A stretch of DNA of 64,000 nucleotides from Gammaproteobacteria bacterium (GTDB lineage: Bacteria > Pseudomonadota > Gammaproteobacteria > Eutrophobiales > Eutrophobiaceae), in the NCBI GenBank assembly GCA_040905045.1, contig JBBDSH010000050.1:7698-71697 (forward strand). The letters are read 5' to 3'. A model generated the notes under the pieces. The model was not told the origin of the DNA, made no database searches, and saw only the letters and a list, made by a program, of their open reading frames with translations. The translations under genes and the position numbers were made by a program. Shown here one piece after another: positions 9,905 to 18,740 of the stretch (its first letter is position 1; each line of letters starts with the position of its first letter).

Positions 9905-9986
9905 GCGTGAGGAGTAAGGAGCAAGGGGCGAGGCGTAAAAAACTTATCGTAATCTACACCTCACTCCTTACCCCTCACGCCTCACC
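9905..9986. repeat. REP-like imperfect palindrome, second copy of the GTGAGGAGTAAGGAG family
   Basis: gcgtgaggagtaaggagcaaggggcgaggcg ... cctcactccttacccctcacgcctcacc. It is followed by a solo MITE-terminus remnant ggctaaataag at about 9982. Confidence 0.45.
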
Positions 9987-10011
9987 TTAAACCCTCTGTG
10001 GCTAAATAAGA

Positions 10012-11007
10012 TCAACGCGAGAAGGTTCGCACCAGATCCGGGCTGCGCAGGGCCCTGATGGGATGACGCAGGTTGGCATCCACAAGCCGATTGCAGATAA
10101 CGTTACAACCTGAATTATCGGAACACTGTCGAACCTTTTCCATATCCATTTTCTTCAGAATCCCCGGCAGGTCCGTCTGGAGAAGGTTGCCGGCATGTTC
10201 CATGGCCAGACACGCCGCCACGTTGCCCGATGCATCGATGGAAACACTGTAGCGACCGGCATCGCAACGGCCCAGGCTTTTTCCTTTCAGCCAGTTAATG
10301 TTATCGCGGACATAACCACTCAGGAATCCCTTCGGGATCAGACCGGAGTGCAGGATCTCGCCGAACAGGGACGCAACCGCTTCCTTGTCATACTGTAATC
10401 CCGGATCCACCCGTCCGTAGCGGCCGACATTCCAGTGATAGGGCGTGAGCACCGGGGTAAATCCGTGATCCCGGGCAAAGTTGACCACCTCCCTGACGTC
10501 AGAGCGGTTTTCCTCGCTGACGATACAGGTAATGTATTTCGGGTGAGGATAATCGCGCAGGCGGTTGATTCCGGCAAGAACGATATTCAGCTGATCCGCG
10601 CCGCGAATACGCCGGTACCGTTCCCGGTTCAGTGTATCCAGACTGATGGAAATACTGACAGGCATGGTTTGCAGGGTCTGAACAAAGGAATGCATGATAC
10701 GCGTGCCGTTGGTAACCAGGGTCTGGATAAAGCCGATGTCGTGCAGATCACGCATGATCTGCAGAAGATCCTTTCTCAGCGTCGGTTCGCCGCCCTGCAT
10801 GAACACAAATCGCACCCCTTCTGCATACAGCGATGTGAAGACCCGGTTTATTTCCCGGCGCGACATTTCATAACGGCCCTGATTAAGAGGGAGATCACAA
10901 TAACCGCAACTGGAGTTGCAACGCAGATTGACCTCGAAAACGGCCAGGAGCGGTTTTTGCTTGAGAATGTTCAGGAAGGGCCGGGCCTTGCCGTTCATCG
11001 GCGCCAT
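10012..11007 (-). CDS. radical SAM enzyme with a C-terminal SPASM/twitch-like cysteine cluster
   Basis: Cx3Cx2C motif (RCNSSCGYC) near the N-terminus with the GGEPTL glycine-rich SAM motif, a C-terminal CDAGR...C...CSDNSGCNVIC cluster, and an AGGGAG RBS 9 nt upstream of the ATG. Confidence 0.75.
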   Translation of the reverse strand: MAPMNGKARPFLNILKQKPLLAVFEVNLRCNSSCGYCDLPLNQGRYEMSRREINRVFTSLYAEGVRFVFMQGGEPTLRKDLLQIMRDLHDIGFIQTLVTNGTRIMHSFVQTLQTMPVSISISLDTLNRERYRRIRGADQLNIVLAGINRLRDYPHPKYITCIVSEENRSDVREVVNFARDHGFTPVLTPYHWNVGRYGRVDPGLQYDKEAVASLFGEILHSGLIPKGFLSGYVRDNINWLKGKSLGRCDAGRYSVSIDASGNVAACLAMEHAGNLLQTDLPGILKKMDMEKVRQCSDNSGCNVICNRLVDANLRHPIRALRSPDLVRTFSR

Positions 11008-11354
11008 GACGGATACACTCCCTGTAAAAAGCGCGTTCGAATAGCGGCCTGCCGGAACGGGATCCCGGTTCGGAATACTGCCGTTTCGCGAACCGGTTGA
11101 CCTGTACCATACAACCCGTACCGGACCGGTCCGTCATTTTGCTCTGTCGGCATAACGTGCAACCCTGCCAATTCCTGTTTCGGGGCTGCGCGGACGGCAT
11201 CAACCCCTTAATCCCGACTTGTAAAGCGCGCAGCCCTTATCGAGTTTCATCCATATCAAATATCATCCCGGTGCCCTGCACTTATTCTTGTTATGGCGGT
11301 ACAGATGCACAATGATTCACCTGCATACAGGATTTTTCAACCTTTTTTATTAAA

Positions 11355-11545
11355 CAGATTATAAGTATCCCGATATTCCTCTGTGGGACCGTCGGCCGCA
11401 TAGCCTGTCCCGGACCTGATCCGGGAGAGGCGGCCGTCGAGCGTACAGAGCCTGTCCCGGACCCCGGCTCGTTGGCCGGGGCAGGCTTGATCCTAATCCG
11501 GGGGGATGTATTTACAGCGTGTCCCACAGAGGAATATCGGGGTAC
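11355..11545. repeat. ~190-bp inverted-repeat element (MITE or structured RNA) in the rSAM/yebC intergenic region
   Basis: Arms gtatcccgatattcctctgtgggac at 11365 and gtcccacagaggaatatcggggtac at 11521, with internal (a)gcctgtcccggacc direct repeats. Confidence 0.4.
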
Positions 11546-11664
11546 TTCTAGAACCTATCTCATTAATAAGCTACGTTGCTGATGTATCACTTCTTCGTTT
11601 ACTTTGTCGCTTTGGATCGGGGTGCTAAAATCCGCTTTTTTCAAATCACTATCGAAGGACGGGT

Positions 11665-12411
11665 ATGGCCGGACACAGTAAATGGGCGAACATCAAGCAC
11701 CGCAAAAGCCGCCAGGACGCCCGGCGCGGCAAGCTTTTCACCAAACTGATCCGGGAAATCACGGTCGCCGCCAGGCTCGGCGGCCCGGATGTCAACGATA
11801 ATCCACGACTGCGGGCCGCGGTGGATAATGCCTTCGCCAACAACATGCCCAAGGACACGGTGGAACGGGCCATCAGCCGGGGCGCCGGGGCGGACGACAG
11901 CGAAAACGTCGAGGAGATCCGCTACGAGGGCTACGGTCCCGGCGGCGTCGCCGTCATGGTCGACTGCATGACCGATAACCGCAACCGCACCGTGGGCGAG
12001 GTCCGGCATGCCTTCAGCAAATGCGGCGGCAATCTGGGCACGGACGGTTCGGTCGCCTATTTGTTCAACCGGGTCGGCCAGATTTCCTTCCCCAACGGCG
12101 CCGATGAGGAGGCCTTGATGGAAGCGGCCCTGGAGGCGGGCGCAGAGGATATCGCTACCAATGAAGACGGCTCCATCGATGTCCTGACCTCGCCGGAGGA
12201 ATGCATGACAGTGAAGCAGATCCTGCTCGATAATGGACTGGAACCGGAATCCGCGGAAATCACCGAACGCGCCGTAACCAATATCAGCGTGGACAGGGAC
12301 GGCGCCGAGACCATGATCCGGCTGCTGGACATGCTGGAGGATCTGGACGACGTGCAAAAAGTCTACTCGAATGCCGACATCCCCGACGATATACTGGCCG
12401 AACTAAACTGA
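11665..12411 (+). CDS. yebC: YebC/PmpR-family transcriptional regulatory protein
   Basis: [15 protein letters not shown]-terminus and a 248-aa length, upstream of ruvC as in many bacteria. Confidence 0.9.
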   Translation: MAGHSKWANIKHRKSRQDARRGKLFTKLIREITVAARLGGPDVNDNPRLRAAVDNAFANNMPKDTVERAISRGAGADDSENVEEIRYEGYGPGGVAVMVDCMTDNRNRTVGEVRHAFSKCGGNLGTDGSVAYLFNRVGQISFPNGADEEALMEAALEAGAEDIATNEDGSIDVLTSPEECMTVKQILLDNGLEPESAEITERAVTNISVDRDGAETMIRLLDMLEDLDDVQKVYSNADIPDDILAELN

Positions 12412-12473
12412 CTAATAGCCAGCGTGCCGTGATAACCAGAACCGCACCAGCAACTGTCCCGAATACCTACCGT

Positions 12474-12505
12474 ACGAGCCACGAGCCACGAGCCACGAGC
12501 CACGC
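12474..12505 (+). repeat. (ACGAGCC)x4.5 heptamer tandem repeat immediately upstream of the ruvC ATG
   Basis: acgagccacgagccacgagccacgagccacgc occupies the position where an RBS would be expected. Confidence 0.7.
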
Positions 12506-13024
12506 ATGATCCGCATCCTCGGCATCGATCCGGGTTCCTTGCAGACCGGCTACGGCATCATCGACATGGACGGCAACCGGACCGTGCACGTGGATCACGG
12601 CATCATCCGCGTCCGGGGAGACGACCTGGGAGCGCGCCTGCAGCTTATCTTCGAACAATTGCATGACATCATCGCCCAACACCGGCCGGTCGAGGCTGCC
12701 GTCGAACAGATTTTCATGCAGCGCAACGCCGACTCCGCCCTGAAACTGGGACAGGCACGGGGCGCGGCGATTACCGCCTGCGCGCAACAACATCTGCAGA
12801 TATTCGAATACACGCCCAACCAGATCAAACAGGCCACCGTGGGCAAGGGCCATGCCGCCAAACAGCAGGTCCAGCACATGGTGCGCATTCTGCTCTGTCT
12901 GGGCGAGACGCCCCAGGCGGACGCGGCCGACGCCCTGGCCGTGGCCGTCTGTCACGGCCATTCCCGCGAGGGCCTCATGCGCATGGCCGGCGTCAGCGGC
13001 ATACGCGGAGGGCGGCTGCGATGA
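12506..13024 (+). CDS. ruvC: crossover junction endodeoxyribonuclease RuvC
   Basis: [19 protein letters not shown]-terminus with catalytic Asp residues. Confidence 0.9.
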   Translation: MIRILGIDPGSLQTGYGIIDMDGNRTVHVDHGIIRVRGDDLGARLQLIFEQLHDIIAQHRPVEAAVEQIFMQRNADSALKLGQARGAAITACAQQHLQIFEYTPNQIKQATVGKGHAAKQQVQHMVRILLCLGETPQADAADALAVAVCHGHSREGLMRMAGVSGIRGGRLR

Positions 13025-13626
13025 TCGGGCAATTACGCGGCACGCTGCTGGAGAAACAGCCGCCGCTGCTGCTCATTGAAACGGGCGGCGTCGGCTATGA
13101 AGTGGAAGTGCCCATGACCACCGTCTATAAACTGCCGGAGGTGGGCAGCGAACTGCGCCTGTTTACACACCTGGTGGTACGCGAGGACGCCCATCTGCTG
13201 TTCGGCTTCGCCACGGAGGAGGAACGCCGCCTGTTCCGCACATTAATAAAGGTCAACGGCGTCGGCGCCAAACTGGCATTGACCATCCTCTCCGGTATCG
13301 AGGCGGATGAATTCGCCCTTTGCGTCCGCGACGGTGATTCCGCCCGGCTGACCCGTCTGCCGGGCGTGGGCAAGAAAACCGCGGACCGCCTCATTGTGGA
13401 AATGCGTGATCGTCTCAAGGACTGGGAAATTATCCGGAACGCCGCCGGCGGGGGCGAGGGAAGGACGGAGGCCAACGACGCTATTACCGAGGCCGTCAGC
13501 GCGCTCATCGCCCTGGGTTACAAACCCCAGGAAGCCAGCCGCTACGTGCACGCGGTGGCCGCGGAGGGTATGACTCCGGAAGCGATCATCCGCGACGCCC
13601 TCAAGGCCTCGGTACGGGGATCCTGA
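13021..13626 (+). CDS. ruvA: Holliday junction branch migration protein RuvA
   Basis: MIGQLRGTL...GGVGYEV OB-fold start with HhH motifs ([12 protein letters not shown]). Confidence 0.9.
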   Translation: MIGQLRGTLLEKQPPLLLIETGGVGYEVEVPMTTVYKLPEVGSELRLFTHLVVREDAHLLFGFATEEERRLFRTLIKVNGVGAKLALTILSGIEADEFALCVRDGDSARLTRLPGVGKKTADRLIVEMRDRLKDWEIIRNAAGGGEGRTEANDAITEAVSALIALGYKPQEASRYVHAVAAEGMTPEAIIRDALKASVRGS

Positions 13627-13854
13627 AGCCGGGGGAAAAGCCATTTTTCCGCCATAGGACGGCCATGTTTCTGTAGCAGACTGTAATGGTTCGCGGCCCG
13701 GGACGGGAGATTTCCCGCGTGCTCCGCGATCTCTGCGAGATCAAATTATTAGTCCTGTCGAAGATCCACTTTTCCTTCGGGACAGGGGTCAAAATCTTAA
13801 AGAGATCACCATGGCCATTGGCATCCTGAGACGATACAAGGGACAATAAACACC

Positions 13855-14898
<1,044 letters not shown>

Positions 14899-14908
14899 GT
14901 CTCATTTC

Positions 14909-15334
14909 GTGCGCCCGGAATCCGCCCCTGATGAATTTCACTGGCCGGTGCGTGTCTACTACGAGGACACGGATGCAGGCGGCGTGGTTTATCACAGTAA
15001 TTACCTGAAGTTCATGGAGCGTGCCCGCACCGAATGGCTGCGTGCCATCGGCTTCTCCCAGCAATACCTGCGGGAGAAAGAAGGGATAATCTTCGTGGTC
15101 GCCGACATGAACATACGCTTTCGCAAGCCGGCCGTCTTCGACGAGGAATTAACCGTAACAAGCACAATAAAGGATATGAACGCCGCCAGCCTGAATTTCA
15201 ACCAGACGATAACCAACAGCCGGGCCGAAACCATCTGCAACGCGAACGTAACCGTGGCCTGTCTCGAAGCAGCCACATTCAGGCCATGCCGTATTCCCGA
15301 CAACATCAAGGAAACTTTTCACCATGTCGCATGA
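14909..15334 (+). CDS. ybgC: tol-pal system-associated acyl-CoA thioesterase YbgC
   Basis: Hot-dog thioesterase motif VRVYYEDTDAGGVVYHSNYLKF. The likely start is GTG at 14909, because the track ORF start at 14846 overlaps ruvB. Confidence 0.75.
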   Translation: MRPESAPDEFHWPVRVYYEDTDAGGVVYHSNYLKFMERARTEWLRAIGFSQQYLREKEGIIFVVADMNIRFRKPAVFDEELTVTSTIKDMNAASLNFNQTITNSRAETICNANVTVACLEAATFRPCRIPDNIKETFHHVA

Positions 15335-16019
15335 TCTCTCCTATGTCAGCCTGATCCTGAACGCCAGCCTGCTGGTACAGCTCGTCATGCTGGTTCTGCT
15401 GCTGGCGTCCCTGGTTTCCTGGGCCATGATCTTCAGCAGACGCATCGCCCTGGAACAGGCGCGCCGGGACGCGGATCAATTCGAGGAGCGCTTCTGGGCC
15501 ATGGAGGATCTGACGCCGCTGTACAACCGCATCACCAACAAGCGCTACCAGGCCAAGGGCATGGAGAAGATGTTCGAATCGGGCTTCAAGGAGTTCGCCC
15601 GCCTGAAGAAGCAGGAGCACATCGATCCGGACGCGGTCATGGAAGGCGCGCAGCGCGCCATGCGCGTGACCATGAACAAGGAAATGGAGAACCTGGAAAC
15701 CAATCTCTCGTTCCTGGCCACGGTCGGTTCCACCAGTCCCTACGTCGGACTGTTCGGCACGGTCTGGGGCATCATGAACAGCTTCCGCGCCCTGGGCAAT
15801 GTCCAGCAGGCGACCATCTCCATGGTGGCACCGGGTATCGCCGAAGCCCTGATCGCCACCGCCATGGGCCTGTTCGCCGCCATCCCGGCGGTGATCGCCT
15901 ACAATCGCTTCTCCAATGACGTGGAGCGGCTGCTGAACCGCTACGATATTTTCATGGAGGAATTCTCCGCCATCCTCCATCGCCACGCCCACGCTGCCCT
16001 GGTGGAGGAGGAGAGCTGA
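15324..16019 (+). CDS. tolQ: Tol-Pal system protein TolQ
   Basis: MotA/TolQ/ExbB family with three TM segments and conserved TVGSTSPYVGLFGTVWGIM. Confidence 0.9.
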   Translation: MSHDLSYVSLILNASLLVQLVMLVLLLASLVSWAMIFSRRIALEQARRDADQFEERFWAMEDLTPLYNRITNKRYQAKGMEKMFESGFKEFARLKKQEHIDPDAVMEGAQRAMRVTMNKEMENLETNLSFLATVGSTSPYVGLFGTVWGIMNSFRALGNVQQATISMVAPGIAEALIATAMGLFAAIPAVIAYNRFSNDVERLLNRYDIFMEEFSAILHRHAHAALVEEES

Positions 16020-16021
16020 CC

Positions 16022-16444
16022 ATGCGCCAGCGAGTCCGCAAGCGTCCCATGTCCGAAATCAACGTCGTCCCCTACATCGACGTCATGCTGGTATTGCTGG
16101 TGATCTTCATGATCACCGCGCCGCTTCTGACCCAGGGCGTCAAGGTGGAACTGCCGCGGGTGGCCTCGGAACCCATGTCGCCCAGCGACAATGAGCCGGT
16201 TATTGTCAGCGTTGACAGTACCGGAAGATATTACATCAACTTCGGCGAGGATCAGGACAGTCCCGTGGACGCGCAGACGCTGGTCAACCGCGTCGGCGCG
16301 CTGCTGAAATACCGGCCGGACATCCCCATTTACGTCAAGGGCGATGAAAACGTGCCCTACGGCCGCGTCGTCGAGGTCATGGCGCTGCTGCAGACGGCCG
16401 GCGTGCCCAATGTCGGCCTCGTCACGAAACCGCCCGAAGGCTGA
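16022..16444 (+). CDS. tolR: Tol-Pal system protein TolR
   Basis: ExbD/TolR family (INVVPYIDVMLVLLVIFM); the TGA stop at 16442..16444 lies inside the MITE terminus CTGAATAAG. Confidence 0.9.
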   Translation: MRQRVRKRPMSEINVVPYIDVMLVLLVIFMITAPLLTQGVKVELPRVASEPMSPSDNEPVIVSVDSTGRYYINFGEDQDSPVDAQTLVNRVGALLKYRPDIPIYVKGDENVPYGRVVEVMALLQTAGVPNVGLVTKPPEG

Positions 16445-16532
16445 ATAAGTGTTCCGAATTCCAGTACAGTTGCAGTCCGGGTTGAATATGGGACGGGGTC
16501 ATGGGGCATTGAAGCGACTAGCGCCAGGGACG
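16441..16532. mobile_element. left half of a MITE split by the prophage insertion
   Basis: ctgaataagtgttccgaattccagtacagttgcagtccggg...gcgactagcgccagggacg matches the left half of the intact copy at 59735..59950. Confidence 0.8.
16528..16532. repeat. 5-bp target-site duplication (GGACG), left copy
   Basis: GGACG directly precedes the prophage terminus TGTAACGCG and recurs at 54948..54952 directly after the other terminus. Confidence 0.8.
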
Positions 16533-16612
16533 TGTAACGCGCCACATGGTTTGAGATCGCAACGACAGATGGTTTGAGATCGTGCGGCGCACAAATACTA
16601 TTTACAAATAGT

Positions 16613-17053
16613 TTAAACGGTCTCTTCAGACGCCGCCAATATCTCTTGTCGCCGTGTCTCCGTCAGCAACCCGGCCTGCACCAGCAACGTCAGCCCCTCC
16701 TGGGTGTCGGGATCGTCGGCATAGACGCGGCGAGCGGTGCGTAGCATGTCGAGGTAGTCCTCGATGAGTGGCTCGGATTTGGCGGCAGTGCGAATATCGA
16801 TCCGCTCTTGGCGGGTGAAGCGGTCCAGGAAGGCTCTGGATGACCAGCTCGCCCGGGGCGCCGGCGCCGGCGGCCCGACCACCCGCAGCCCCGGGGGCGT
16901 TACGCCAGCATCGGCGATCAGTCCGTCCAGTTCCTGCCGGTTCAGTCCGATGCGTGCCAGCGTATCGTCGCCGGCGTGGTGCAGCGCGATCAGGGCGCGG
17001 TGATACTCCTCGCTCTGCAGAGTCTGCAGATGTTGTTTGCTTTCGATTTTCAT
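16613..17053 (-). CDS. hypothetical phage protein (last gene before the prophage end, downstream of the DGR RT)
   Basis: 146-aa ORF whose ATGA overlaps the RT stop; no recognisable motif. Confidence 0.4.
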   Translation of the reverse strand: MKIESKQHLQTLQSEEYHRALIALHHAGDDTLARIGLNRQELDGLIADAGVTPPGLRVVGPPAPAPRASWSSRAFLDRFTRQERIDIRTAAKSEPLIEDYLDMLRTARRVYADDPDTQEGLTLLVQAGLLTETRRQEILAASEETV

Positions 17054-18033
17054 GACGCGATCTCCAGATGACGTAACAGGTTGTGGCTGTCGGCCCAGTT
17101 GGCGTGGCCGGTCCAGGCGGCCAGGAATTTGGCCAGGGCCTCTTCATCGCCACGGGCACGCAAGGAGTTGATGGCGCGGCGTGCCCGCGTCACGCTGCTC
17201 CGGCGCAGCAGTTTGTGCTTGGGCCAGATGCGGTAGCCGAGGAAGTTGACGCCGCGGTTAACGGGCGCGAGTGTCCATTTGCTGAGTTTTAGACCGAGGC
17301 GTTCCTTGCTGACAGCTCGCATGGCGTTAAGCGTCTTTCGGAGGACGTCCGGGTCGTGGTGCAATACCACGATATCGTCCATATAGCGCGCCCAGTGTTG
17401 GTGTTTCAATTCCTGCTGCAGCAGCCGATCGATGACGCCGCCGTAAAGGTTGGCGAAGTACTGGCTGGTCAGGCTGCCGATGGGAATACCCTTTCCCTGG
17501 GCAGGCAGCATGGCATCGATGATTCTGAGCGTGCCGGCGCAGCTGATTTTCTTGCGGATCAATCCATGCAGAACCCGCCTGTCGATGCTGTAGAAGTAAC
17601 GGTGGAAATCGGTCTTGAGATAATACAGGCGCTGGTCCTGCCGCACGAGCCGGCGCATGTCGGACTGTACGGCCTTGACACCGGCGTGCGTGCCGAGGCC
17701 GGGCCGACAGGCGAAACAGCGCGGCAGGAGCATCGCCTCAATAACAGGACCGATGACATTGCACAGCGCGTGCTGCGCCACGCGGTCGCGGAACGGCAGC
17801 GCCGAGATCTGCCGGACCTTGGGTTCGGACACGAAAAACTGATGAAACGGTCCACGATAATAAGTCCCGTCGCGCAGCTCGCGGGCGAGTATCGCGAGAT
17901 TGACTTCGGCGTATTCCTTCCATTCCAGATAGCCGGCGGACTGACGCTTGCCCTTGAGCGTGCGCTCATAGGCCAGGCGCATATTGTCGTCGCTGACAAT
18001 CGTCTCGATGAGGTTGCGGTATTTCTTAGCCAT
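17050..18033 (-). CDS. diversity-generating retroelement reverse transcriptase
   Basis: 327-aa RT (BPP-1 Brt is 328 aa) with RT palm motifs and the DGR-specific IGxxxSQ signature (GIPIGSLTSQYFANLY) instead of QG. It lies 150 bp downstream of the template repeat. Confidence 0.85.
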   Translation of the reverse strand: MAKKYRNLIETIVSDDNMRLAYERTLKGKRQSAGYLEWKEYAEVNLAILARELRDGTYYRGPFHQFFVSEPKVRQISALPFRDRVAQHALCNVIGPVIEAMLLPRCFACRPGLGTHAGVKAVQSDMRRLVRQDQRLYYLKTDFHRYFYSIDRRVLHGLIRKKISCAGTLRIIDAMLPAQGKGIPIGSLTSQYFANLYGGVIDRLLQQELKHQHWARYMDDIVVLHHDPDVLRKTLNAMRAVSKERLGLKLSKWTLAPVNRGVNFLGYRIWPKHKLLRRSSVTRARRAINSLRARGDEEALAKFLAAWTGHANWADSHNLLRHLEIAS

Positions 18034-18182
18034 AATAATAAATGCCCGGCGCGGGTTTCGATGATCTACTCCCCGCTATCCGGAACCCCGCAGTGTATTC
18101 GCCGAAGCAGGTCAAGCGGGCTGACCACCACAAGGACAGCCGGCCTGCGCCGCCGTAACGGACGCAGAGCGAAATAAGGGTC

Positions 18183-18301
18183 GTCACTGCAGCCGCGCGC
18201 CCCGATGTTGCTGTTCGCGTTCGAGGGCTGATTGTTCCAGTTGGAACAGCGCGAACCGGCGATGGCGCCGTTGCTCCAGTTCCCGCCGAATAGCACGGCA
18301 T
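18183..18301 (-). repeat. DGR template repeat (TR), 119 bp
   Basis: 119-bp near-identical copy of 18758..18876. On the coding strand TR carries AAC/ATC codons (the TR frame reads NWSNGAIAGSRCSNWNNQPSNANSNIGARG) where VR has varied codons. Confidence 0.85.
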
Positions 18302-18312
18302 GCAAACCCCGC

Positions 18313-18681
18313 TCAACCTTTACGCCTCTTGCCGATCCACGTGCCCAGCATCTTTCCCGTTTCGGCCAGGTGCGTACTGGCAACCCGGTGCTGCTTCGGC
18401 GTGATGATGCGTCGCTGTGAATGGCTCATGAAGCGTAACCAGAACCGCAGATGCGCCAGTCCGGCATCCGCGGCATAAAGGCGGGAAACCTGATTCGACT
18501 TCCCGCCAACGATAAATAAATGCACCTGCTCCAGCATGGCCTGGAGGAACATGTCCCGTACGCGCCCGTGTTTGCGCGGAATGTTCTGCGCCACCGGATA
18601 CATGTAGTTAATGAATTTTTCATATTTCTCGACAATCGCCAATTGATCGACGGGCGCCCGTTCGTCCTTAACCGTCTCCAT
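18313..18681 (-). CDS. avd: DGR accessory variability determinant (Avd-like four-helix bundle protein)
   Basis: 122-aa basic protein between the target gene and TR. FIVGGKSNQVSRLYAADAGLAHLRFWLRF closely resembles the Bordetella phage Avd as recalled from memory. Confidence 0.75.
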   Translation of the reverse strand: METVKDERAPVDQLAIVEKYEKFINYMYPVAQNIPRKHGRVRDMFLQAMLEQVHLFIVGGKSNQVSRLYAADAGLAHLRFWLRFMSHSQRRIITPKQHRVASTHLAETGKMLGTWIGKRRKG

Positions 18682-18720
18682 ACTCTGCTCCTCGTTTGCG
18701 TTTCAAGTTTCATGAACGAC

Positions 18721-18740
18721 GGCAGCGCTACCGCGCTGCC
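18721..18740 (-). promoter_or_regulatory. GC-rich hairpin (8-bp stem, 4-nt loop) immediately 3' of VR/IMH
   Basis: ggcagcgc tacc gcgctgcc is a perfect inverted repeat that starts at the target-gene stop codon. It matches the DGR target-recognition hairpin described for BPP-1, and TR has no equivalent. Confidence 0.7.

Noticed and set aside
11097-11315. Cys-rich 72-aa ORF considered as a possible RiPP precursor for the adjacent SPASM radical SAM enzyme
   Set aside because: It has a TTG start with no RBS and is divergent from the rSAM gene. Its codon usage is atypical for a 62% GC genome, and the TTGACC at its start looks more like a -35 hexamer. It is kept only as a note under the rSAM finding.
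12474-12505. Short tandem repeats and the GTGAGG/MITE repeats considered as a CRISPR array
   Set aside because: There are no unique spacers between repeats. The units are contiguous (a microsatellite) or palindromic MITE/REP structures, and no cas genes are present.
13627-13854. Small hairpins (CGGGAGATTTCCCG, cctgtcgaag...cttcgggacagg) and an 81-aa minus ORF in the ruvA-ruvB gap
   Set aside because: The stems are weak and imperfect, and the ORF has no support. This is probably just an enlarged intergenic spacer with a ruvB promoter.
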